Assembly: GCA_900088475.1 (NCBI GenBank)
Contig: FLMG01003917.1
Span: forward strand, 62,001-126,000
Source of the DNA: Hyphochytrium catenoides
Taxonomy: Eukaryota; Protista; Hyphochytriomycota
Length of the DNA stretch: 64,000 bases
Direction of reading: 5' to 3'
This document shows, piece by piece, positions 24,501-35,700 of the stretch. The position numbers and the translations under genes are program-made. Numbering within the stretch: position 1 is the first letter of the stretch; each line of letters begins with the position of its first letter. The notes beneath the pieces are model-generated. The model saw only the letters and a list, made by a program, of their open reading frames with translations. It made no database searches and was not told the DNA's origin.

Positions 24501-27500
24501 TATCCGTAAGAGATTGCGAGAGGTAAGCGCTGATAGCACCGTGGACGAAGAGGTAGAGTATTGGGAGAGGATAGAAGAGACGAGCTCTTCAAATATATCC
24601 TCCGACACTTGACCCTTTCTGTCGACTAAAAAGAAAGTTTGAGAAGATAATAAGGAAAGGGCATAAAGTTAGATCAGACTCTCTTCAAGATCCATTGAAA
24701 ATACCAAGGGACTTTGACCAAGACAACGAGACTTTAGTGATATCGACATGAGGGTATCACAGACAAGGCCAACTCAGAAGCATTTTTGGAGTGTTAAGGC
24801 AGTGAGCTCGACAGACAGGAGGGAGAAAGATATGGCCAGCAAGGCTTAGGGACCTTCATTGGAATGCGATAGCATACTTTCCGCATCAGTCTCTACAACT
24901 ACTGGCGACATCGCATAATGCTTCTTACCGGTGAGGCTCTCAACCATGTCGAGAAAGTCTGGGACTCTGAGGCTCTTGAAGCCACTCTCGGAAACAAAGT
25001 CTTTAAGGTCTGTTATATGAGACTTCTTAATCTGAATGACGTCATCCTCGTTTAAAGGATCAAGCTCTAGCTGGAATACGAAGTCCTGAACGCCAGTTCG
25101 GAGACACAAGAAGTGAGCCGACAAGGATCATAGGAGGAATGAACATTTGAGCGTGGGTGAGGGATAGGTGGAGGAAAAGAACCAACTACTCTGCAGTTAA
25201 TTTAATGAGGACCGCGGATAGGAGTATCCGCGGATAATCAAGGAGCAGAAGGGAGATGTGACTAACATGCGGTGTTTCCTCCATTGGAGCCGTGCCGTTC
25301 GCTCTGAAGTTGATATCGCCAATTCCTCCCCATTTCCGAGCATCTACCAGCTCAAGAAACTGAAAGAGGGAGGATCCCCCGCTATTGTACCTGATTGATG
25401 AACAGCGTGGGTCAAAGGGAATTAGGGCGCGTAAAGGAAAACCGACTGATCGAAGAAAGGCGTGTTTGTAAGTAGAACAGGACCGTCCATTTAAGGGAAA
25501 AGGCAATAAGAGGTCTCAGGAGTAGAACTGCTGACAATGCAGAAGCATAGGGATAGGGCGGACCCTAGCACGCCACCGACCAGCTTCCAAAGCCATCGAA
25601 GGATATCCGGCCATCTGCCGAGCAGAATCGATCAAACTCTCGGGTCGACTCTAAATATGACTCTACCTTCCTGTGGCTGGAATGATACTCTGACTGGGTG
25701 GAGAGCGATAGGTGAGTGACGGATGTCGGTGGGAACAAGGTAGCGAAAGTAAGGAGACAGAAAGTCAGCTAGCTAACCCTCCCTCAAGAGAACCTTTCCT
25801 TCAGTGATTCGAGCTCAAAATGTCTGAAAGGGTGTCGGAATCCCCTTCTCCGATGTCGCTCTTCATACACCCCGTTCTTGTGGCCCAAACTCTAGGTATC
25901 AATCGACTTCGTGTGAATATTTATCTATTGTCGCGTACCTTGTTTGACGCAAAGAATGAGACAGCGAGGAACGTCGCAGATAGAAAGCCTTGGAACTGAT
26001 TGAGGCTAAGGGTCCCGACCCCATCTTCATCGAAGAGATCGAATATCTGAGGTAGCTTTTCACTCTTCTTTCCATGAGTTAAAAGGGAAAGGAAAGTAGA
26101 CGCCCACTCCGTCAATAGCTGGCCAGACTTCTGGTTGAGGACATAAAAGCTATAGAGGAGGAGGAGAAGTGGGTGGCACTGACGGCCGCGCGTGCCATGC
26201 TGGCCAGCCTCCACTAACAGAGAGGGTAGGAGCTCTACCAGTGCATCCATAAATTGGAAACCATCCAAGGAAGTGGCTGATGAGTGTTTCAGGACTGTCT
26301 GGAAGGGATGAAGAGGTCCAGTAGGTTAGGTGAATAGTTGAGTAGGTCGGAAAGAGGGAAGCTATGAACTAGATCCAGGCACACTTTCTAAGGTGACGTG
26401 ATACAAGCTGGAGCTAAGGATCTTGGGTATAGAGTCTGACGGTGCCGGATTCCACGAAATTTGAACCAAGATCTTACCTCAAGCACCACGGAACAGGATC
26501 TAGACTTGAGCTCAAACAGATCTAGTAACATTTCTACAGCCTCCACACCATCCTTTGAGACTGTGAGCTTTACATCAGACCCTACACTCATCTCAAACTG
26601 CTCCTTGACGCTGCCAAACTCCTCTAGTGGAGAGGAGAGCGAAGGGAAAACCGAGAATAGGAGGGACAGCCACGCATCCCATTCTGGAGATATGGCGTTG
26701 CTTCTCAGGAACCAACTAGACTCCAAACAGGTTGTCCACGTGCTCGGGGTCAGAGGTCCGTACCAGCTGAGATGGGACAGATAATCGAACCACCTAGCGG
26801 ACCGAAATCCGACTGAAAGAGGGAAGTGAGGCGACCAAGAGGGGCAGAAATTAGTGCCAGCTAGAGCGGATCAACCAGGCACGTAGAGATACAATACCAC
26901 ATGATAACGAGGAGTATTGGGCACAGAATGATAAGACGCAGTTCAAATTGAAAGGGGACGAGCGGTACTCACCCTCGGAGAACCATTCCATGAAGAGCTC
27001 GAATGAAACCCTAGTGTCGCCTTCTGTTATTCTGGAAACAGACTCTTGCACCTCCATTCCATAAATGTCGGCCGCTCTGTCTGCGATCATTCGAACCTGT
27101 GCAGTCTTTAGAATAGTGGGTTGGCGTCAGGGAAGAGAGCTCTGAGTACGGTCCTAATAGCTAGGGAAGGAAGGAGCAAACACGTGGAGGGAGTGACACC
27201 CAGCGAACTATGAGCGTGCTAAGGATAAAGGCGGGAAGGTGACAACCTTCCAGAACAGCAAGGTAAGAGCGCACCTCAATATTGGGCACAGCCAGCACCA
27301 GGAACGCAGTGACTAGTACTTTAAACATGCGCTTTAGTGCCATGAAGTCCAGTCCTTGGTCCTCGGATGCGGGAAAGACCTTGAATATGTGAAGAAACTT
27401 CTCTTCGATATTGCAGTCAAAGAAGATGGACCAGACGATGTGGCACTGGGTGCAGAGAGCAAAGGTCCGACGTCGCACAAAGATAGAAAAAGCGTGAGAT

Positions 27501-27976
27501 GAAGAAGCGTGAGGGCAGAAGCTGAGAGAGCGCAAGGAAAGATAAAAGATAGAAGGTGCGGCCAAAAAGAGATGAGCTGGAAACTAGAAGCGAAATCTTA
27601 CTTCCGGGATGCTTAGTGTACTTGAGGCATCTGAACAAGCTCTAAAGAAACGTGAGAGTATGCTGTCCAGCTCGTCTGCAATGTGCCCATGGGGGCCAAT
27701 ATGGCTTAGCATTGACTTCGAGTGCCTCTTGAAAGCGACTTCGTCAATTGATGTCGGCCTCTCCGTCGGGACGAGAGCCTGAAGGGAGAACTCGACGGAA
27801 GCTGGCAGAGGAGAATTAGCAGCCTTTTAGAATGAGGCTGGGTAAGGATGCCTACAAGCAGCAAAGCAAAGAGCAGAACAGCTGGGACAGGCAGAGACAG
27901 TCCTAGGCAAGCTTACCTCCGTCCTGCCTGAAGTACCGCCTGATGGCTTGGCATCTAGCCCGGGTAAGGAGAACAT
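21540..27976 (-). CDS. Large multi-exon protein of about five tandem degenerate EF-hand (recoverin/NCS-like) modules
   Basis: Recurring motifs: GKKSEKLPQIFDLFDEDGVGTLS, GTKSEKLAAAFSLL and GSKSEKFEACFRLFE; VSFELFMEWF, ISFDGFGSWY, ISFDQFSFWY and IRFQEFAEWY; FLELVDARKW, WIELLDLNKW, FLELLSGDKW and WLQLIDLREL. Probable start MFSLPGLDAK at 27976. Confidence 0.75.
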
Positions 27977-28741
27977 GGAAATACTGACTCCCACCACGCT
28001 CTATTGGAATCACCAGCTCCCGGTCTCCGTTCACGGTGAGTGCCATATTTACCTCTTGGCAGAAGACAAAGCTTGATACTCCGTAGTTCTCAAGGTTGAC
28101 ACCCTGCTCTTGATGCCCGAACGAGCTGCCGTCCTATTCTCCACTACCCATACAAACACTGATGAGGAAAGCCTCGAGGCATCATCGTGGCCCTGGAGTA
28201 CCAGATTCAGTCGAGTCGAACGAAGAGACAATGCCGGTCTATGTTGACAGACAGCGGGGATCTGACGCCTCCGTCCAGCGGCAGCTAGTGGCGCGAGACC
28301 AAAACCCTGCAGAGCAAGCAGCAGCAAAGGATCAAGGACTTTTCGGCGATGATGAAGCTTCAAAAACCATCATCACAAACACACAGAGCTGTTTTTTCCA
28401 CTTGAAAGCTTCAACTCAAGGTTCTATCCCACAGGGGAGTGATAGACGGAGAAATCTATTTGTTATAGATAAGGTTTCACGGAAGCTTTCATTGGCTTGG
28501 GGCTGTTGGGAGTCGAAGACAAAAAGGGAAAGATCATTGTCAGGGATGGAGGACAGCAGCATGGCATTCAAGAGTGCCGACTGCAGTGCCTTGCAAGCTC
28601 GCTGTTGATGCATAATAAGACATCCAGTACATTCAGAGCTCAAGGTGAAGGACTCAGGTTGAGCCTACAAAGCTCGGTGTAGCGCGAAGGAGGGTAAGAG
28701 CAGTGATGTCAAGGAAATGAGTTTGGCCTGTGGACGTTGCT

Positions 28742-30850
28742 ATGGACCAGCAGCATAGTGGCACGGATGCACATCCTGTTCAGGTGAAGAAGCTACGGGT
28801 GCCTCCTGTCAGGGATCTCTATGGTAACAGAGTCCAAGTCCAAAAGGTGACGAAGGAGATTGATGAGTATCTGCATGCAAAGGCTGGAGAGGTTCTTACC
28901 TCTATACTCCCTAGCCAGTTCAAGTGGCTTCGTATAGCAAGGATGCCGACGGGACAGTGCATTTTGACAGGCGTCACCTGGTAATCGACCTGTCGCTGAT
29001 GCTTGTTACGCAGACCAAAACGGTGTCTAAAGCCTCTTGTTCCTATCTCGCTTCTGCAACCTCTTACAGAGAAAGCTCAGAGAAGTGCCAACTGGGCATG
29101 ATTTGCTTCAAGGGCTGGAGACTTTTGTCGACAAGCCCAGTGCTGAGACTGCTCGTCCTTCCCCTCCCGACCACATACTCGAAGGGCTTAAGAGAGCTGG
29201 CATGCCATTGTCCAAGTTCTCTTTCATTAGCTTCAGAAACAATTTCAATAAGATCCTCAAGGTCTGACAAACGTCAGCTGCTCACCTGGACAGCTGGGTG
29301 CCTCCGCTCGAATAACGATATTCCTCCTCTGTCTCACCACCATCATTCTCTTACTTTCCTTTCTTTCTCTGTCTCCTCGTTCTCTCTTTGCGTCTTGTGT
29401 GGACGTATCTGTCTTTGAGTTCTCACCCTTCCCATGTCGTCCAGGCGGCATCCTTGCCCTGATACACCCATATATCGGGGTCACGCTGAATCTTTTCCTC
29501 TCCCCTTCGCATGTCCCTATGAGTAGTGGACCTCTACTCGTTTCCCAGGGTTTGCTTACCGCTTTACTCCCCTATCGTTTTGAATTAGACACCTTACAAT
29601 CGCCGGGATCCCTGGCAAATTGGCGTCGAGCGAGTTGGCCAACAACTAGTTCTTGACGTCCGGGTGCACCCACAGGAGCTACGTCAGCGGTCAGCCGAAC
29701 GAGAGAGAGGGCATGAAAGCGGCAACCGGGCGAATGCTGCGATGTATGCGGGCTACTATTTTGAGAAGCTTCTGACGGTTGGAGAGCATGATCCCAATCC
29801 GGTGAATAGCAATATCGAGTACTGCGGGATCTTCAAGACCAAGATTGGTCAAAATAGGTGTGCCATTTCTCACCTCTCACTTGTTCGTCAAGAGGCAGAA
29901 GAGACGCTAAAATAAGACCTGTAGAGGCGCCTCTAGAGAGACGTGCAACGGGGATTTTAGAATTTAGGATAGCTACAGCCTGGAGCAGATCCGAGCTCAT
30001 CCTTACGTGCCCTGCTTATTCCCGTCCGTAGCATCGCTCTAGCTGCGGAGATCGATTGTGAGAGGGATTCGCACAACCCTCCCGACTCCTATGTGGAGCT
30101 TAAGACCTCTAGATTGATGGCCACACCCCGAGAGAAGGAGAACTTTGAGCGGTATGTAACTGTTGGAGGCACACATAAACATCGTGCCTCGTCAGTTCTC
30201 TTTCTAACCCTGCGGAGATTTCTCTCCCTACTAGCACATCACTGAGTTCTTCGCATATCCCTCTTCATCGCTGTTCTAGATTCAAATTGTTAAGCTTCTG
30301 GATCCAATCCTTCCTCGCTGGAGTCCCTGAGATCCTCTGCGGATTCAGAGACGACGACTTTATACTTCAAGAAGTCAGGAAATTCAAAACTCAAGACATC
30401 CCTCATCTGGTTAGCAAGGGTACCAACAGCTGGGTAGGTTATTCGTGGTCAAAACCTGGCGACAAAGGGTCGTAGCAGTGAGGGAGAACCTGTTTAACGA
30501 GGCAAGATGAGAGAGAGTCCGCCTCTAAGACAGATCATTCGAGCACTGGTGAAGGAATAGAGCTTAAAGGGTGGAAGCTGATCTTTCGGGGAGGAATCTA
30601 TCTCTTTTGAACCATACGCTGGCACTGATTATTTGCCTTTACCACTCGATACCTCACCTTTTCTTGGCAGAATCGTCACGTTTGCATCAACTTTGCAGAC
30701 CTTCTCCTTTCGTGGCTAGTCCGTGAGACAGAGGAGGGTCAGGTTTACTTCCTGACTTTCGACCCGACAAGGAGAGAAGTCACGTTAGAGCTGAAGGGGC
30801 CTCAAGAGCGCTTCGTTCCCGCCGGCGTCTCGTCTTCCGTGAGCTCCTAA
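28742..30850 (+). CDS. DXO: DXO/Rai1/Dom3Z-family decapping exoribonuclease, multi-exon
   Basis: VASYSKDADG, FISFRNNFNKI, MYAGYYFEKLLT, IEYCGIFKTKIG, catalytic-type AAEIDC and YVELKTS, and FWIQSFLAGVPEILCGFRD. Stop TAA at 30848-30850; the start codon is uncertain. Confidence 0.92.
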
Positions 30851-31904
30851 AGCCGCAGCAGCAGGATCAACGGGGATCGATAGTCAGAGTACGAGGATGG
30901 CGGAGCTCTATGCTACGTATCTGACACTAGGACCAAAGACTATAACGTAGGCATCTGTTGGGTCTGAAACGGGAGTTCCCTCTTCGGTACCACCAGGGCT
31001 ATTGCGTGGAAGGTGAACATTCTGCACCAAAAGAACAACCTTTTCCAAACTATACGAAATCATGGAGGCCCTGGTCCTCGGCAGCTGTCTAAGGTCCGGT
31101 GGGCCGGATATTTCATCGTCGGCCATTTCTCTCCAGATAGCTCAAGGTGTCCCTTCTCTGCAATCTAACCTAACTGCCCAGAGTTATGGCCATGGGAACA
31201 ACCAGAAGACAAATGTATGCGTAGAGGTAAGGACGATACACATACCAATGTAGCAACTCTAAGGCAAACAATAGCTACCTGACGAGCAGCCGTCCCTTAG
31301 TGAGCCTCTAAAGAGCCTCTATAATAATACGACGAGAGATGCTGAAAGAGCACGTGGTACAGCCCCGATCAGCTTTCATTCACTTTATTCCTTCAAAAGC
31401 CATGAAAAGTATTGCCGCGAGCATTGACGCTGCTGACAATGAACCTTGCTTCACAAAGTCAAAGCGAGCTCCAGATCCTCCTGACTCTCTCTGTCCTGCT
31501 GCTGCTGCTGCTGCTGGTCTGGGAGCAAGATACTTATCTTTTTATAAAGATCTGATGTTTGTAACGCCCTGATGCGAACTTTATTTTGGGACATCTTACA
31601 AAGATATTGTGGGCAACAGCCCACCCGCGGATCCACAGCTTATTACTGTAGTATTTGGTGCAATTTGATGATTACCTCGAACGCCCATCCACCCCGTGGA
31701 TATGGACTCCCTCCAAAAACACACTTTCTACCATTGGGGAAGAGTTATTAGCTCTGGACCTTGTTCTGCTGGTAGGCACCCTTGTTTCTCGAATACGAAA
31801 GGAATAAAAAAAGCTTTGGCTTTTATGAGAAAGCTGGTCAGGGGTAAGAAAGGGCGGATTGTGTGCATTTCGTACCTTGTGTACTGAGTCATTGTTCCTG
31901 ACCT

Positions 31905-31906
31905 CG

Positions 31907-31937
<31 letters not shown>

Positions 31938-32240
31938 TCTCTTTCTCTCTTCCTCTCTCTTTCTCTCTTTCTCTCTCTCTTTCTCTCTTCCTCTCTCTTT
32001 CTCTCTCTCTCTCTCTCTTCCTCTCTTCCTCTCTTTCTCTCTTTCTTTCTCTCTCTCTTTCTCTCTTCCCCTCTCTTTCTCTCTCTCTCTCTCTCTTTCC
32101 CCATCTCTCTCTCTCTCTTTCTACATCTCTCTCTTTCTCTCTCTCTCTGTCTCTCTTCTCTCTCTCTCGTAGCTATTTTCCTCCTGTATCCCTGTGATCG
32201 CACCAGCACTGCACCCGCTCTCTCTCTCTCTCATTCTCTT
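31905..32240. repeat. Imperfect (CT)n microsatellite tract
   Basis: Long ctctct/ttctct run, seen directly. Confidence 0.95.
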
Positions 32241-32710
32241 TCTGTAAGCTGTATCAACAAGAGACGAGAGCTTCAGAACCTTCAGAACCCCCACAGCTGC
32301 TCCACATTCTTCAGACTCCATCAAGCCTCGCGCAAACGTTGCCGCTCACGTCCTCCTCCGCCTCCTAGCCGCCCGGCCATTGGACATGAGATCAGATGTT
32401 TGACTACCCTGATGCTGTCCAGAGCTAGGAACTAGTAACAGATGAAAGGAGATCGTCGGCTTTTCACTATCTTGGAAACACTATTGAATTGAAGCAGAAA
32501 GACGACACCAGCGGACTGGCAGGACTGAAGCTTAACTGGAGACAGACAATTATTGGGTTGCCTGAGAGCTTTATTATATGCTCAGGCCATTCCAGGCTGC
32601 CGCAGCGGCCTAATCTGGCTTACGAGTCAACAAGTAGACGGTCTCAGGCTGGTTGTCTAAGCATCAAGTGAGAAGAATACCGTGGAAGAGCAAAAAACAG
32701 AGAAGATACG

Positions 32711-35700
32711 ATGGGCAATCAACACGGCTCGACGGGCCAAAGGCCCCGCGTAGTTATTATTGGTGGCGGCTATGCTGGGACTGCCGTCGCGAAAGCCCTG
32801 GACGCCGAGTTCAACGTGGTTCTTATCGAGAGAAAGGAGTTCATGCTGCACAACATCGCAGGTCTTCGGGCTTGCGTGCGCCCTGGCTGGGAGAACTATG
32901 TCTGTATTCCATATAACAAACTGCTCAAGCACGGAGTGGTCGTGCGCGGTACCGCTGTCGGGCTAAACGCGAGCGAACAGACAGTGATTGTGCAGGAAGA
33001 GTCTTCAGAAGAAGTGGTGCGCTATGACTTCCTTGTGATGGCGACAGGTTCTATCAATGGCTTTCCAGGGAAGTTACCCGTGAATGTGATCAGCAAGGAG
33101 TGGACTCAAGAGCTCTATAGAAGCACTCAAAAGGCAATTCAAGCCGCTAGAAATATCCTCATCGTCGGAGGTGGACCCGTTGGTTGTGAACTTGCTGGCG
33201 AGATCAAAAGTACGCACCCATCCAAGACTGTCTACCTAGTGCACAATACGACGGCGCTGTGCAATAACACGCAGCCACCTCTGCCAGACAAGTTCAAAGT
33301 GAGGCTCCTTGATCAACTTCGCAACCTAGGCGTCCAGGTTTTGATGAATGACTATCAAATCAACGCCGAGATTGAGGCCCGCTTCGGTACCAAAGTGCTT
33401 GAAGATGAGCTTTTCATCAGTGGGACCGAAATGGTATTGACCACTGACAGTGGTAGGGATTTCACGGCGGACCTGATATTCCGCTGCTTAGGCAACAGAA
33501 GAGGAAGCGACCTTGTAGACACCACGTGGCTCAATGCCAAGGGGCAGATCAAGGTGAATCAGCACTTGCAAGTGCTAGGACGGGGCAACGAGAGAATCTT
33601 CGCGTGTGGAGACATTAACGATGTGCCAGAGAGCAAAATGGCCTACTACGCTGCTTCTCAGGCCAAGGTGGTGGCCAAGAACATAACCAGGATGGCTCAG
33701 GGCAAGATGCGACTATCAGAGTACTCTCCCGCTAAGTACACATCTATTCTAGTCCCTGTCGGGCCGGAAGGGGGCTCCTCCGTGCTTGAAGGTTACTATG
33801 TAGGCCCTTTCATGACTGCCAAGATCAAGTCCCATGAACTTTTTGTGCCCAAATATTGGGGAGATCTGGAACTGCCAAACCCATTCAATAGCGTGATTCC
33901 GATGCAAGAGACACGCTTTACCCTGGTCAAGGAACTGGATAGACCTGGTATGCCTCTTCTTTCATCGCCATCTAACAAGCCGACCGTGGTGATCATAGGC
34001 GGAGGGTACGCGGGAATAACGGCAGCTCAAGAGCTGGATCAGACTGCAAATGTTGTTGTAGTGGAGAAGAGAGACTTCATGCTGCACAACATCGCGGGTC
34101 TGCGTGCCTGTGTGCGGAATGGATGGGAAAGTTTTGTCTGCATCCCGTATACTCGTGCTCTGAACTTCGGCAGGGTCATCCGCGCCACGGCACGGCATAT
34201 CGACCCACGGTTGCGCAGTGTGATAGTGGAAGATTCTTTCACTCAGACAGAGCTGAAGTACGACTTTTTGGTGCTGGCAATGGGAAGTGCCAACGGCTTC
34301 CCTGGTAAACTTCCCGGCAGTGTTATGGAGCGACAATGGACACTTGAGCTCTATAGAAGCACGCAAGACGCCATACGGGCGTCGAGGAGTATTCTTATTG
34401 TAGGGGGAGGGCCTGTCGGTTGTGAGCTAGCAGGGGAAATTCGCACAGTCTACGGAGACAAGCAGGTGACGCTCGTGCATAACTCTTCCAAGCTCTGTAA
34501 CAACGCTCAACCCCCTCTTGGCGAGAAGTTCAGCAAGAGCCTTCAAAAGCAGCTGGAGGACGTAGGGGTGGACGTGGTGTTAAATGATCAAACTATCATC
34601 CAGCAGCTAAACACGTTGTTTGGACGGAAAGACCTGGATGAGGAGCTGTACATAGCTGGACAGATAATCACGGTTACCAAACAGAGCGGACAAGAGGTGA
34701 CTGCTGACCTAATTTTTCGATGCGTGGGCAACAAAAGAAGCAGTTTAGAGGTCGAACCGCATTTCCTGGACAATCATGGTCAGCTACGCGTGGATGAGTA
34801 CCTCAGACTGGCTGGTACAGACACAGTCTTTGCCTGCGGGGATGCTAACGACGTTCCCGAAAGCAAGCAGGCGTACTTTGCCGCGTTACAGGCCAAGAGA
34901 GTGGCAAAAAACATTATGGCATTAGCTGCTAACCAGCGATTGTACAGATATTCTCCTGCTAAATCGGGCAGCATGCTAGTGCCCGTGGGGGAGAAAGGAG
35001 GCGCCTCAGAGCTGCAAGGGTTTTACGTGGGACCATTCCTAACGTCCAAGATAAAGTCAGCAGAGCTCTTCGTAGGCACGTATTGGAAGCAGCTAAACTT
35101 TGCAGAAGCCGGCGTCGATCCTTCCTCCGACGAGGTAGCCTTTCTCTCTCGTTCTAGCCGACAGCTGAGTACCTCCTCCCGCTCGTCTTCTGCTGGAACC
35201 CTTTGGGGCGTCCCTGCAGAGAAGCTAAAAGATGGCAAGGAGGTTGTAGTGGTGGGCGGAGGGTATGCAGGAGTGGAGGTGGCCAAACTCCTGGACCCCT
35301 ATATGACTGTCACTCTTATCGAGAGAAAGGAGTTCATGCTGCACAACATATCTTCGCTCCGCTCTTGTATAGTTCAAGGGCACGAGATGTACTCATGTGT
35401 CCCTTACTCTCGCCTTCTCAAGCGTGGGCGTGTACTGAAAGGCTCTGTGGTGGCAGTGGCTCCACTTCTAAAGACAGTGACTGTGGTGGACGATATATCT
35501 GAACGAGAGATAAGCTATGACTTCCTGGTCCTTTGTACAGGCTCGCTCAACGGCTTCCCTGCAAAGATGCCTGCCAATGTTTTGACCAAGAATGTGACCT
35601 TCGCTTTGTACAGGAGCTGCCAGGATGCTGTGAGGGTGGCGGACTCTGTCCTGGTGGTAGGTGGTGGGCCTGTAGCCATAGAGCTAGTAGGGGAAATCAT

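Noticed and set aside
25597-25606. ATATCCTT on the minus strand, resembling a U12 5' splice site
   Set aside because: It lies inside the coding motif GRISFDGFGSW; the real donor is a downstream GT.
28162-28608. 148-aa ORF upstream of DXO
   Set aside because: No recognisable motif and no clear splice link to DXO; probably spurious within a divergent promoter region.
31859-32324. LSLSLS and RERERE ORFs (also at 46484-47400 and 50260-50627)
   Set aside because: They are translations of CT/GA microsatellites.
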